From NCBI GenBank assembly GCA_973895155.1, contig OZ316898.1:6311079-6375078 (forward strand): 64,000 bases of DNA, written 5' to 3'. The DNA comes from Marsupella aquatica (taxonomy: Eukaryota > Plantae > Marchantiophyta). Below are positions 24,683 through 38,617 of this stretch, in pieces. Positions within the stretch are counted from its first letter, which is position 1, and every line of letters begins with the position of its first letter. A program made the position numbers and the translations under genes. The notes beneath the pieces were generated by a model. The model saw nothing but the letters and a program-made list of their open reading frames with translations, was not told the origin of the DNA and did not search any database.

Positions 24683-25665
24683 TTGGCGTTGAATGAGTAT
24701 GATGACTTCGATGATGGGGACCTGGATGATGATGATCCCTTTGCAAGAGGTCACGCTGATATCTTTCAATTCAGCAGTGTTCTTTCAGAATTCTAAGACG
24801 ACAAGGACATCTACTCAGAAAAGTATGAGACCATAGCTGAGTCACAGGATTCCTGGCGCCCGTTGTTCTCAAAACTCTGATACCGTAGGAGGAAAAACAG
24901 CTAATACCGATATGGTTGTAAATGTAGGAGTTGAGGATATTGTTGTGAAAAGAACTTTAGAGATGGGACACCGTGATTCCGAAGGCGAGGACGTGGCTCT
25001 GGTACTGGAAAGTGAGGAGGATAGAGACGAGTGGGATTGTGAAACTGTAGTGTCAATGTATTGAACCTGGACAATCACCTAGCTAAAATTAGTGCCCCTG
25101 GAAAGTCGAAACTCAGGCCTTCCTTGCAAGGCATAGAAAAAGCTGAAATCATTCGGTTAAGTGGAAAGCAGCGTTTGCCTGTAGATTATCTCCCAAAGCG
25201 AGGAGACGAAGACAGGCAGCGTGGGAAGCCTGTTCGTAAGGATGCCATTTCTTCTGCAAAGGTAGCAGGCGCTCGAGCTGGTGAGACACCCGAAGAGAAG
25301 AAAGCTCGGAAGGTAATTCTCCTGTTCCCGTCTCCCGTGTGGGAGCGTGTTCATGACTGGATTTAAGAGCCACATGGCTAACCGTTTGATAATGTCGATT
25401 CATCTCTCGGTTAAGATTGCCTTGCCCTTGATAGAAGGACTTGATGGCTTTGCTTGATCCGATGTTGTGACGAAGGTGAGAAAAGCATTTCTGGGCATGG
25501 AAACAAATTCTGACTTCTTGTGGTCTCCCTTGCAGGCATCAATAAAAGAAAATAGGAGAGGCACGCTTAGCAAAGAAGAGCCTCAAGCTATGTTATAAAG
25601 ATGAAGCTTAGAGAGCTCAGCATGGGGCTGCAACAATGGGCCCCAACGCCATCCATCTACCGTAG
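24683..25665 (+). pseudogene. LTV1: LTV1 (40S ribosome biogenesis factor) 3'-half pseudogene with one retained intron
   Basis: LALNEYDDFDDGDLDDDDPFARG; EWDCETVVSMY/NLDNHLAKISAPG; IIRLSGKQRLPVDYLP; ETPEEKKARK|ASIKE...EARLAKKSLKLCYKDEA. Lesions: TAA at 24794-96, frameshift at about 25061, TAG at 25609-11. Intron 25313-25535. 5' exons not found. Confidence 0.85.
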
Positions 25666-26895
25666 ATGTGGGGGCAGTTGTTTTAAGATGAATAAAGTTG
25701 TCCCTCAGTGGCTCACAATTCAAGAACTTGACACATGAATTGTCCATCCCCAAGACGTGCAGCTTTTGCAATGAGGGATTTCATAAACTTGACACATGAA
25801 TTGTCCATCCCCAAGAAGTGCAACTTTTGCAATGAGGGATTTCGTACACGGGAGAGACTACAATGTTAAAGGTTGTTTGTACCACTGGTGATATATTCGT
25901 GGTGAACGTAAAAATTCCTTCTACAATTCCTTTTCTACAATTCTCCCTTCTCCTTTCTGTCAGTTGCGTCCATGGCCCGTAGGCTCCTGAGAATGCAACA
26001 AAATTAGATTTTAGTCGATGGCGTCTTTAGATGAACATGATATTTGGGATCCTTGTGTCAGTATTTCAGGAGATACATGAAAAGAATCGAAATAGGTATA
26101 CTCGTAGTACGTGATGAGTGTTATAAGAGTCGCTGGACGTTGCTCTACTGTAGGTTATTGCAGAAGTCTTCGGCTCTGATGGCAGAGAATGCGATACAGG
26201 GAAAGCTAAATCAATTCGGAGTGGTCGAGGAAGGAAGCGAAGATGTGCAGCTCGAATTCACGTTCCCAGTCTTCACGTCAGACTAATCTTGACGGCCACC
26301 AGAAGTCTTTGCTTAAGGCGTCTTGTTAGAGTGGCTTGGTTTCTGTCTCAAGGGAAAATGTCTTCGACCCCAAAAAGCATCCAAGTAAAGTACATCGAAT
26401 TGTTTGTTTAGTTACAGAAAACAATTCAGTTTCGGGACCCTCATCTCTTGGTCGGGTCCAAATTTTGGTCGACTAGATTTGAGATAACATAATGCTTCTC
26501 CTGGACGCAGTCAAATAATGTCTTCAATGGTCTGGTGACGAGAATCAGACTTACCATCCTTTTACAGTTCTGAGCCACCTGATTCTTGGTGCCGATCTGG
26601 CCCAGTCCTCGATTTTCTCGGTGTTGTCCTCAATGTGGGTTGTCCGTGTATTTTCCTAAGTTTAAGTCTTGCCACATAGCTATCTATCTCCGTGCAAAAT
26701 AATTTGAAATGTTCATGTAGGTGTACAATAATCCTCGCTTATAGGAAGCACTTATAAACTTCGTGTGGCTGCCCATTGGGTGTACATCCAAAACCCTTAC
26801 CACTCACCAGCGCCTGGTGTTCCAGAATAGGCCATGCAGAACACATGTATTTTAGTGCCGTAATTTCTGTTGAACTTCCATATAAAGGGCGATAG

Positions 26896-27129
<234 letters not shown>

Positions 27130-27320
27130 TAGCTCACCACTAATTATACATGAGCGAGTCGATCGAAGAGCACAAAACAGCCACAGCCAATGTTATCTCC
27201 ATGATGAATCTCTCATGGCTGATGGCCAACTACTCACAAAACATAAAAGCTGAATCAGATGATCTAAAATGGATAATAATTTATTACATATCAGCACTCT
27301 TTGGCAATAGCACCTCGGTA

Positions 27321-27424
27321 CAGTAGTGGCGGGAGATTTCTTAGTCCAGAGAGATTTCTTAGTCCAAATTTGGACATCGTTTTTTCTAATATAATTTGAA
27401 CTAAGAAAGCTCCTGACACTACTG
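27321..27424. mobile_element. Small Tc1/mariner-type MITE (hairpin)
   Basis: TA|CAGTAGTGGCGGGAGATTTCTTAGTCCA...TGAACTAAGAAAGCTCCTGACACTACTG|TA: about 30-bp imperfect TIR starting CAGT, flanked by TA. Confidence 0.7.
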
Positions 27425-27759
27425 TACCAGATTCGGCAGCTTTTTACCTCCAGGCACCGTTTTTCAAAGATACCACTCTACATGAATACGAGACTACACC
27501 AGGGACAAGCAATCCACTTCCCCTAAAATGAATCTCAAGACTTATATTCATCATTTAAAGCTGAGCCACTGGAGACTCAGATTGGCTAAGTTGCAGACCC
27601 GCTATATTTGACTTGCCACAGCTTTTCCATACAGCATAATAAAGACCTCAAGATGCACGCGGGACTAGTTGTGCTGGTCTTGCATGTTGTAAAGGCAGTT
27701 AAGTTTGATTGCTTAGATCGTGAAGCTCAAATGGTGAATATGAACACTGAAGACGACCA

Positions 27760-28595
27760 TCAAGTCCACTTGGTATTGAGGGGTTTTGGCTTCTTACCTG
27801 TATGGCCAAGACTGTTCACAAGAGCCCTTCGAGTACAGATAGTGAACATGTTAGGGTGCATGACCTTTAGTTTGACGAGTACATATGGAAAACTTAATTG
27901 ATCACGGGCAGTGAAACGCATTACTTCATTGAACCAATGAATAGGTTCGTAAGGGGTGTGTGCTCCCGAACTATCACGGATGCCTCGGCCAATGCTGCAC
28001 ATCAAATACACAGGAGAATACATCAATCTCAAACTTCTCACCTATCGTAGTAACATTGATACCTAACAATAATAAGATTTGTGTTGGGGAAAAACCAACA
28101 ATATAATAGCTAATTACAGATGTTTCAAAAGCTATGAAGTCTATTAAGGTAGTCTCAAAAGCCAACTATGGTGTTCCACAGTAATTATTGACACGCGTCT
28201 GCATCTGGGTGGTGGGAACTACGACCAGAGACGGGACTGTGCATGTTTATCTACAAAGATCCTTTTCATTCAGGCAAGTATCAAAAAGGAAACTCAAGAC
28301 TAGGATAGGATATGTCACCTTTGTGACCATCAAACTGTGCATTTTCCGGGAAATTTTCTTTGCGATACCAGTCAAGTTGGATGGCGACTTCTTCAGGTAA
28401 AGCCTTGTTCTTTTTTACGATAGCTTCTCCTTCTTTGAAGACACAGCTACGACCTCCGTGCTCTGATATTGCGAACACAAAATTCGGCCGTACTAGGAGA
28501 GCTTCAATGACCCCACTGGGATCTCGTCTGAATTGGGATTTTGAGTCCACCCAAATGGAGTATCTCGCTTGTGGAAATAACCGGTGGTTCAAAAG
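27760..28595 (-). pseudogene. DUF616 (TOD1/MUCI70-type glycosyltransferase-like) 3' two-exon fragment with frameshift
   Basis: Exon 28595-28319 reads LLNHRLFPQARYSIWVDSKSQFRRDP...AISEHGGRSCVFKEGEAIVKKNKA. Exon 27994-27760 reads ALAEASVIVREHTPLTNLF/WFNEVMRFTARDQLSFPYVL, with a frameshift at about 27937 (about 7 nt of the usual MCL missing). No upstream exons recognisable. Confidence 0.85.
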
Positions 28596-29288
28596 CTGCA
28601 CAGGAAAATACGTTTCTAGTCAATATAGCAAACGCAGTGGCCCACGGTACTGGAAATTGCAGACGTGCACAGAGATGTACTGTATTAATTAATGAGTGTC
28701 TCATATTGTATTGTATTTGTGAGCATCTGGTATCCTTAAATATTGATTGATTATAATTTGTGGGGAAAACTTGACGTGAAAGAAAATGTGATGGGAGGTC
28801 CACAATCTCCGAGGACAGCATGGGAGTGAGTCATTTTAGAGTGTATGTAACAATTCATCAGATCTGATGGGAGATCCATAATCGTGCGAGCATAGCAAGG
28901 AAATGAGTCCTTTCGAGTGTAATTATGCAACAAAATTGTATTGGATACTCCACGTGAGTAAGGTCTAGTGTGACCAAGCGTGTAACATGAAATATAAGAC
29001 AAAGGCATTTTAACTATCGTCGCAAATATAGACATTATAGTGCGACAAAAATGAAGCCAAACATGGAAGGCTAGTAATTTCTCTTGTATCTGACAGTATC
29101 GATCTCGTACTCAATCTGCACTAACTAAAAGCTCTGCACAGAATATAAACATATATGTGAGGAACAAATTTACTGCTACATTGGTGATGAACGCCAGCCG
29201 TATTGATGGTAACCCATTCTCTGCTTGTTGAACGCTTTGTTGATCGGTTTCAACATGTGGCGTCCCGCTCACTGAAGTAAGTGGAGAA

Positions 29289-32200
29289 TCACTGGATGTG
29301 ATGCACAAGCGGCAACACGTGATGCACCAAGGAATCAGTCACTACTTCAGGTAGATGTGATGGAAAAGGCAAAACAATGTTTTCTCCCGAGGCAAGCTTG
29401 GGAGGGATGTGAGCTGCGGATTCTACAAAATCTGAGGAAGTTCTATCTAGCCATTTAACCCCTCCCGACAGGCACGCAGCGACAGTGTGAGCTGCGTTTT
29501 CAGCTCCTACTTGCATGAGGCGTTCCAGCAATGTGGCGGCGTCTTCGGCCTCCTCGTATCCGAGCTCGATGTCGGATCCGACTGCTACAAGGGCTGACTC
29601 TAAGCCCGTTGCTATAGCAGCCAATATATGAGTACCTACGTTGAACACTACGGCTGTTAAATCAGACGAGTGAGTTGCTTTAAGAGCCTCACTAAAAACT
29701 TCGGAGTAGGGAGATGCTGTAGGATCAGCAATGTGGTTAGGGCCGTGCGGCGCAAGATGCTGAGCCGCGGACACATCGACCTTCGCAATGTGCGAAGTTA
29801 CTGAACTACCACTAGATGTAGTGCTAGGTAGACTATTTGCTCCTTGAACATTTGTTGATGGCGCCCCTGCACTGGCACTATTGACGCCAGGAGAACCCGT
29901 TGAGGTTGTCCCAGTTGTTGGCGTCACAATAGTACTAGAAACGGTGGTCAGTAGGAGAGATTTTATTGCTCCGAGTTTAATTTTAACTTCGGCCAGGAGC
30001 CGCTTTGCCTGAGCCGCATAGTAAGGAAACTTCAGCTGAGAGGTGAGAAGAGCTCCAGGAAAGTACTCATGACTTCTTTCATCTGCTGTCGATTTATCCT
30101 TGGCCGGTGCGACTAAATCGGATTGAGAGACTGTCGATCCTTCTCCGTTACCCGACTTCGGATTTGAGCTTGTCGAGTCAGGACCTTTCGTCTGATTTCC
30201 AAGCGACCTAATATCTACATTGGTTGTTGTCATTTGAGCGTATATGCTGGTGATCATGATCACGAATCCACCGATCAGAGCAGATTCCGCGGGCATCTCA
30301 CGATGTGCGAAGAAGGATAAAAATGCGCCCCAGACAGGTATAGTTGTATATACAAGCGTGGCAGTTGAAGCATGTATTGACCGCAAACCATGCAGCTCCA
30401 ACCAGCTACAAAAGCCAAAACACACCAATCCGTTGTAAATCAATGGAGCCCATGGGAGACTTTGAATCTGGTCGGCAATATCATGCGCTTGGAACGCAGT
30501 AACGTCGAATGTGGTGAATGTTTCCCAACCCAGACTAAGAGTCGCCAACACCCCACACTGCACAGCGTTTAAGAGAAGCGGGTCAAACCGGCCACTATGA
30601 TATTCTGATCTGAAAATATGTAACGCAGATATGATCGATATCGCCATCCCCCACAAATCCCCAATCTGCGGGCAGGAAATACCTCTCCACCCGAACCCTT
30701 CCTCCTCCAACAGACCCATACCTGCACATGATTTCGACGTTCATTAGATTGGCTCAAACCTACGTTCAAGTTCATCAAAATCTCCAAGGTAACGACGACA
30801 CGCTTTATCTATCTATCTGTATCGACGCCTATATATGCAGCGAACCATGAACGTATAATACTCACGTTACAGCATGGAACAAACGAACGAACTTACAATT
30901 AACAACCAGCGTACTCAGGTTTTTAACACTCGAGAACACACGACAACGGGAAACCTGGCAATATATCTACAGTCAGTCTTGTGTCTAAATACAGATTTCA
31001 ACAGATCTGGTGGATGACAGCGTACCTGAGATAGCCGCGATTGTTGCAAATCGTGTTAATGTGGAACCCGAGCGGCGTCCCGCAAATATTTCCATGATCG
31101 GTATGAAGATCACCTGTAAGTTAATTGCCAAGTCAAAAGTCATTTTCAACGTTTGGTAAGAAATCTGTGATCATGTCAATGAGCAGTATGTCACGATATT
31201 TAAAATCTGGATGAGGACTTTACGGGTCACCGAATCCTACGTTCTTGGTCTGTGGAAGATGCAAAAATTGAACATGTTCCAAAGAAGGTCATATATACAT
31301 TTAAAAAATTGCAACTGGTTGCGGTAATCTTACCGTAAAGGCCAAAAGAAGAGCTGCACTGCTCGATGATCCGCTTGACGGATTGCAGGAGTCAACAACG
31401 GTTGCAGCGAATGCTAGTCCTCCGAGCTCTATACCTGCTTGTAAGAGCTCCATATTTCTGTCTTTCAATGCGGTCGCTAAAGCTGGTGTGAAAAAAAGTA
31501 ATGCTGAAGTAAACCGCACCAACGAAGTGAGACTGACTGGCAGGGAAGGAGCCGCATCCGCAACAATTCCGTTAGCCACGTTACTGGATCCGTACAAAGC
31601 AGCTAAGACATTCAGGAGAATTAAACTTCCCATTCTCCTCTTTTCCTGTTTTCTCTTCCATATCTTCCTCAATGATGTTCCTTCCCTACGGTCGATTCTT
31701 TCCCTCGAACAGAGTTGGGAGTCAATTCTTTCCATCGAACAGAGTTGGGAGGATCGGACCTCCAGTGGCTCAGCCAATGTCGACGTTGAAAATGGACCCG
31801 CTTTGCCTTCTTGCCGACGCATGAACTGTGAATCAGAGCGTCTGTTCGTTAACTTCCGGCAAAGGGTTATATATGTCGGTAGCATCAGTACACTTATAAT
31901 AGTACTAGAGAGCTACTGTAGTATTTGTTTGCAATGGTGAAGCAAGGAACAACAGCTGCCATGGACCTTTCTAGTAATGTAGACACGTCGAAATTCCCGG
32001 CCTATCTAATTCTTTCCGTCAAAGTTACGTATCAAAGAACTGGAAAATTAAACAGCCTAGAATCAGAGAAGCACTCTCACCAAATCAGTGGTTGAAAAGT
32101 GTGGATCCCCGCGTGGATCTTGAACTTCCCAGCTTTTCGACTCTGGCTCATCTTTCCCCTCACGGACCACCAACTCGCGCAAGACTTGCAAATTGTTTTC

Positions 32201-32581
32201 CTGCGATACGCTTGAAAGATGCAACCCGTTGCGTAACCACCCCTCATAAATCACAGTTGCGGGTACCAAAGCCGCCGGAATCGGCCGATTTGGGGACTCT
32301 TTCGACGTAAGGAAGTCTCTTCGGCTACTAGTAGGAGATCCAGTATTCGGTTTTGTTAGGAGATTATGTGGTGCGGGCGACGCTGGAGTAGGCTTGTGTT
32401 TGGACGGCTGTTGGTCATGGCATCCTGCAGCTTCAAACCTGCGCAGCTTGGGAGTGACATAGGAGCCATTGGGATCTGAACTGTGTTTAGCGAGTTTCAG
32501 GAGGTTACGATCTGTGAGGACCTTATTCTGATGAGACAGATGACATAGATCTCCGGGATAAGATCTCGTTCGAATAAGCAT
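29289..32581 (-). CDS. EamA/DMT-superfamily transporter with long N-terminal leader and ~300-aa S/T/A-rich C-terminal tail, about 4 exons
   Basis: Exons about 32581-32081, about 31826(or 31912)-31334, 31113-31026 and 30721-29289. TM repeats: GSLILLNVLAALYGS, LVRFTSALLFF, AGIELGGLAF, VIFIPIMEIFAGRR, IGDLWG, PLIYNGLVCFGFCSWLE, ASTATLVYTTIPVWGAFLSFF. The exon 2 acceptor is uncertain. Confidence 0.8.
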
Positions 32582-33789
32582 TCCCACCCAAACAATCGAA
32601 CGGGACTGGCTACTAACAGGCTAAATCTCAGAAGGCAAATAGTCGATTAGCGGTATATACCTCTCAGTTCAGCTCAATAATATAGACTAGTTTTTGACGA
32701 CCTAAACGCAGATGTCTGCAGCAGTGATCGATCTAACTAGATGGTGCGAAAGTGATTCTAGCAGCGTTCTTGCAGTTTCAAGTACCCTACATTATGAAAG
32801 GATTAGTGCGGCAAAACGAGGGGCTCCACGTGATTCTGTAAGGAACAGAGAAGACAGGTTTAGCTGGCATCGGTTCAGACCTTCAGATTTGGAAACGTCA
32901 ATGAGAGTACAGCAGCTTTGATCAAGACGATCTATATGTGGCGGATCCGGTGCGCTCTGATGGTTTCACTCAACGTCCTGTTTGACACGAGCTGTGCTGG
33001 TTTGAGGTTGCGAGGCAACCACACTGCAAGAAATACTGTTGAATAGGGAGGTGCAAGGACCTGCGCAGCCGTGGAAACAAATGTTTATAGGGAGCGAACA
33101 ACTGTAAAAAGAGTTACAAGGACCTGCGCAGCCGTGGAACAAATGACAGGCAAGCCTTAGGTGAAAGTCGGGTCTTGATGGACTTCGTGACAAAGAAGAA
33201 CAGGTCGCCAATCGGCATGGTTTTATAGCTGTTGTCACTGTGCTCCGGGGAGACGCGGCTGGTCCGAAATTCCCCGGTCCTCTCCGAACTGCAGTTTGGA
33301 GGGCTGTGGTGAAGGCAACCGGCCAATGATGAAAAAGCATACTCAGGGCAGCAGCAGGTATTCTGTACAGTTGAGTTGCGGCCGTAGGAAGCACACTACG
33401 CATACCGTGCACTGGAGGAAAACGGAGGGGCCAGAGGGCTCCTGCGATAGCAACCAAAAGATGCCGGAACGAATATGCACTCAGCCTACGTCATGACTCT
33501 ACATTCCGCGGTCTTTGACCAAAGCCGCATCGCACATCAACTCATATTCTCCGGGAAGGCAGGTGAAAAGCCAAATCTACCCTCGGACGTTTGTTCCACC
33601 TGTGCGTGAAGCTCGTTCAAACAATAAACACATTCATGAATCAACTTCCGACACAAGCCATCATCAAACTCCCATGCAACTCGTTTCCGACAGATTAAAA
33701 CTCGGCTTCCTCCCGAACTTTCCGCATAGCCCGCGAGATGCAACCGTCCAGAAACTCGCACCCGTTACAAAAGATGTACACTAGTGTTT

Positions 33790-34525
33790 CGTGGCCATTT
33801 TGCTAATTGAAGGGCTTTCCGTTAATCAAGAGCATTCACCAATTATATACCACGTTTCTCAATTCGAAATTCGCAAAAAAGTAGCGGGCGACCATTGGCA
33901 TCATTCGTCTGGTGGTGGAGAATCGTGACCTCGTCCGCACTCCGCAGCCCCTCGCCCTGTACCACCGCGTCCACCATCGCACAGACTCTCCTGAACGCCC
34001 TGCTTCGGTTCGTCCTTCCTGAGCTTCTCCCTTTCCGCCATCGCCATATCATACATTTTTCTCCGAGGGAAATCATTGGGAATGGAATGTAGCAGAGGCG
34101 ATCGTCTGGACGCGCGCAGAGCTTGGAGAGCGGGGGAGGCGCGAGGCGGAACGTGAGACGATGAGCGGAGGCGCCGATGCTCAAAAGGCGGAGAGCACGG
34201 CCAACAGCCGGTGGACACAGGTGGACCCAGCCGGTGGACAGGTGGGCCCAGCCGGTTCCATAGAACGACCGGTGGAGCGAGGACAGGGCAACCGGAGACA
34301 CTCCGCCATCCATGGGACGGGGTCACCGCCAGAGTTTCATTTTGTATTTTGGAAAGGAGGCGCTGTGAGAAGCCCCCGCTTGGCAACCGTTGGTAGGGTG
34401 CATTATCACCGTTAGATCTCTGTACCGTCAGATCTGAGACGTTGATTTTGGCAAGCCGTCAGATGAGGGACGTCGATTTTGGCCAATAACTCCTTGAAAA
34501 ATTCATGGCACTTCATTACATTGCC
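33790..34525. mobile_element. Possible non-autonomous Mutator-like element (GC-rich core)
   Basis: GC-rich island with repeated ccggtgga(c)acaggtgg and ccgt(t/c)agat motifs. The ends show only loose inverted similarity (taattgaagggc...tcaagagcatt versus the reverse complement taatgaagtgc...tcaaggagttatt). Confidence 0.3.
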
Positions 34526-36374
34526 TCAGTTAGTGCTGCCCATCGCACCGCAAACAGGAAAGTGCATGTTCGCAATTTCTGTAAAACACACTGGGTTTAT
34601 GTTTGCTAGCGGGGGAGGGGAACAAGACAACTACAGTAGATATAACCATTTTAGCTACTTTTGGAAATTTTGAGAAAATAAAATAAATCATGTGAGGATT
34701 TCACTTGACTATTTAAAAATCAACTTTCAAACACTGATATATCAGTTAACATTAAAAATAATCGCTTCCAATGAACTGCCATCGTAGAGAGGACCTCAGC
34801 ATCTTTTTCACAGACTTATAGCATTGCAGCTTTTTCCCAGTGACATGGACCTCAATCCTATAATTGACACACAAGCACAGTCGGGACAGTAGACGTTCTA
34901 TAAAAACAAGATTTGCCAAGAGTGAGTGTCAGGAGGAAAATGATTTTCAGAGGTGTTGTCAAACTTGTCTTTATAAAATCTTCCCAAAATCATACAGACA
35001 CTAATGTAAACTTGACCCAATCTGACACAAGTTGATGAACACAAATCTAAACATTCAGCAAAGGAAAATGGATCCTAGTCAGCATTTCACACTATCTGGG
35101 AGTTGTCCAATGCAAGTACAGGTAGGAGAAAGACCCCAAACAAAACTTCCATAATCTAAAAGGAGTCTACAAACGCAAGATTTGTAGAAGCAAATCTCAA
35201 TTGAAACCTATAACAATTTTGGAGCACACAAAGGAACCCTTTAACAACTATTGTGCCAGTATTATGGTGACTTGCCCCCCTGCTGAGCATGATACACAAC
35301 TGAATCATAGCAGTGCCCGGGCCCCAACCAGGGGTCTGGCAACAGACCTCTTCCTTTGATATTCCTTGTTGCCCATTTTGCAACGCACCTACTGGTTCCT
35401 CGAAACCACTTGCAGATCTCGAGCTACAGTCTGTCACCCCACTAAATGAAATGTGACAAGAAAACTAGATAGCCACCTTGGAAATTTGCGAATCTTTTGG
35501 ACCTCAATGAAGATATGATGCTCATTGGAAAGATCTTTCCAAGTCCCATGTAATAGAGCCCGAAAGCAGCTTATTGCATTGGATATGGAGAGAGGGATTG
35601 AATTCCAAAGTTAGCTACTAAAATAAAATTCCAAATTACAAATCTGGCTGTGAATGTTTGTGGAAACAAGAAGGGTGCAAATGGGTGAACTCGTGTTCCA
35701 CATGTGGGAAGGAGGGATCCTGGACACGAAGGTTTTTTAGATGTTTCTTTATAAGTTATGTGTGGACTATAGTGCAAGGGCAAAACCCAAACATAGAGGA
35801 CCTTTCTATCTAACAAGTGAGACCTAAATGTCAACTGAAGCAGAATCTGGGGGCGAGGCAGTGTAAGACCAACTGAGTGCTCACTTGCAAAACCAATGGC
35901 GACCTTAACCCCCCTCATAAAGTGAGGTGAGGCAGCATCTCGGGCAGCATACGATAAACCTCAGTCACCCATAGATAGACCCCAAAAGAGATCCCACAAG
36001 GTCAGTGAAATAATAACCTGAGACAGCATGAGAGTGACTTCATCAACAGAATGCAAATGGTTGCAAAGGCATCACGGAAGATTGAAAATATATGAAAATG
36101 TCACTATGTATCTAAAGAGCTCAAAAAGGTGTATTCCACTAAAAGCATGTGCAAAACATGTATACTAAACAATTGTCATTCCTTCAGAGTAAAGATGTTA
36201 TCATGCCCTCAACCTCTCCACAAAACTCACCAAACAGCTCCCCTAAACTGCGTGGAACGTACAGCTCTCCCCCTCTCCCTCTTTGAGCAACACCTCCTTT
36301 GCATGCTCTGCCCACCTCTCCCCCTGGCCCTCTTTCAGTAACACCTCCACTGCATGCCCTGCGTGAGAAGCTAA

Positions 36375-36842
36375 TCTAACACTATAATACACAATCCCGC
36401 CCATTTGGCCACTTTCGTCCGTCGTCCCGTTACGAATTCAAATTTCAGCGGGAATCAATCTTAACCGTCAGATACAAGCATCTCATTTTTTGTAGCCGTC
36501 CGATTGTGAAACGAGGCATGCACCAGATTGAATGAGGCACTCAGGCATGCGCAGCCCCCTCCATAGGGCTTCGCGCCCCTCCTGGCCCCGACACCCCTGC
36601 TCCCCCGTCCGTGGCGAATGAAGGAGGCACGAGCCTCGCTCGCCCCCCTCCATAGGGCTTCGCGCCCTCTTACCTCGCTCGCCCCCCTCCATAGGGCTTC
36701 GTGCCCTCCAGCCTCGCTCGCCCCCCTCCATAGGGCTTCGCGCCCTCCTGCCTTGCTCGCCCCCCCATAACATGCGATTGATTGAATTCTCCCTATGGGA
36801 CCGGCCCTCCTTGCACAGTGCAACGCACTGGCATAGGGCTCG
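36375..36842 (+). mobile_element. Non-autonomous Helitron (~470 bp) containing a 36-bp tandem array
   Basis: 5' end A|TCTAACACTATAAT. The 3' end has a hairpin CAGTGC-aac-GCACTG followed 8 nt later by CTCG|T, so the insertion lies between A and T with no TSD. Internal ccccctccatagggcttcgcgccctc..gcctcgctcg repeats lie at about 36550-36770. Confidence 0.7.
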
Positions 36843-37039
36843 TATTATTATGAAAGGCAATATTTCAAATTTTGAGATTTCATTTTCTAACCTTTATAAA
36901 ATTTATGTATAAATCAGTGTATAAATTTTTTAAAACACTTAGAATTTTTCAAAATATACATTGAATTCTTTGCCAAGTTTAAAATGTATCCAACATTTCT
37001 GTCACATGGACAATAATTTTCAATAAATGTTTCTTGACC

Positions 37040-37650
37040 GTACCGTACCATACCATACCATACCATAGGTCAAAGTGAAAGTATTGGAGCAAGTTAAAGT
37101 AACTCTTTGAGATCAAAGATTGCAAAAAAGTCAGCAAGTATTTTTTGAGCTTACCTTACATCCATTTCATGTACATACCATACCATACCATAGGTTGTAC
37201 ATGAAATGAATTGAAGCAAGTTCAAGTAACCTTCGAGATCAAAAATTGCAAACAAAGTCAATAAGTGTTTTTTGAGCTTACCTTACACCATACCATACCA
37301 TAAATGAAAGGATTAGAGCAAGTTGAACTAACGCTTGACACCAAAGACTGTGAACAAAGTTTTAAGTGGTTTTTGAGCTTACCTTATACCGTACCACAGG
37401 TCATCCATGAAATGGATTGAAGCAAGTTCAAGTAAGTCTTTAAGATCAAAGTTTGCCAACAAAGTCAATAAGTGTTTTTTGAGCTTACCTGGCACCATAC
37501 CATACCATAAATGAAAGGATTAGATCAAGTTGAAGTAACTTTTTAGATCGAATAAAGTGTTTTTTGAGCTTACCTTATACCATACCACAGGTCATGCTGG
37601 AAATGGACTGAAGCAAGTTCAAGTAACTGTTTTGAGATCAGAGATTGCGA
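37040..37650. repeat. Diverged ~85-125-bp tandem array, about 6 copies
   Basis: tttttgagcttacct recurs at about 37142, 37269, 37370, 37476 and 37561, together with gcaagttcaagtaac and (tacca)n. Confidence 0.85.
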
Positions 37651-38617
37651 AACAAAGTTACCACTACGGTAGTCCCTAAGGTATTGGCGACGAAAGTATC
37701 AGAAATTGATTTAGGTCGTCGGAAAACAAAACTTGTTGGACACAAACCTCCGAAAAACCCGTGTGAGGAAACAGAGGAAGAAATGTGAAGAGGAGCTCGT
37801 CGAAGGGCCACACCGAATGACAAGCGAGTCGATCTGTGCCGCTTATGGGATTCGCTGGTGATTGCTGGTGCTGGAGATTTGATTGGCCTCTACTTGAATC
37901 GATTGTAATGATGCATAATGGAGCCGCGTTTTACAGTAGTCTTTGTTTTGCGCCTAAGAAGACTTGCCTGCACTTAGAAGGTGCGAAAGGGTTGACCGCT
38001 GCTTGAAGTTGACCCAGAATTAGGATACGTAGTAACTACACCTGGGAGGAACTTGAGGTCGAAAGCGCTGTGAGGGCCGCCGTGAGGCCTGATGCTGGCG
38101 ACTGGTCGTCACGAAAAAAAAGTTTACTCAGTGCATCGACTTTGGTACGCCTCTACGTCTTCTCGAAAGGCTAATTGTCCTCCCATTTTCCCGGTCCTTG
38201 ATTTTGAATTACTAAGTACATGGGAATTTGACAATTGGGCTTTTGGAAATAGACCCAAACCTAACTCAGAAGTTCTACTGACTGTCTCCTGTCGAACGTA
38301 GCTCTTACCTAGTTCCATTGCAACAATCCGGAATGCTTCCGGGAATCATATCTCACAATCCTTTTGCAGACCCATCGGATTGCAATGCTGAACCCTAAGA
38401 AATTCCATTCTATGTACTTTTTACTTGAGCTGTGATTGTCCACCGGTTTCAGTGGAGAGTCCTCACATTTTGGCACCCCGTTTAGGCCCTTATTTCTTTG
38501 TCCATGGTGGATTGTCAATCTCTCGATCTGTCCGCAACATCATTTTCCTTCTGATCCGGAACGACCCCGAGAATTCAGTCATAATTGGAGATTGATATTT
38601 GGATAGGCTCTGGGTTG

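Noticed and set aside
27760-32581. EamA gene nested in an intron of an intact DUF616 gene
   Set aside because: No DUF616 5' exons (e.g. the GKIPK-containing exon) are recognisable upstream, and the last exon is frameshifted.
33843-34415. Overlapping 150-160-aa ORFs on both strands
   Set aside because: GC-rich repeat-like island with no recognisable domain; long ORFs are expected by chance at this composition.
35156-35437. Short exon-like ORF on the minus strand
   Set aside because: No recognisable family and no partner exons.
36461-36860. ORFs with repeated EALWRGASE / ARSPMEGGERG
   Set aside because: They are translations of the 36-bp tandem inside the mini-Helitron.
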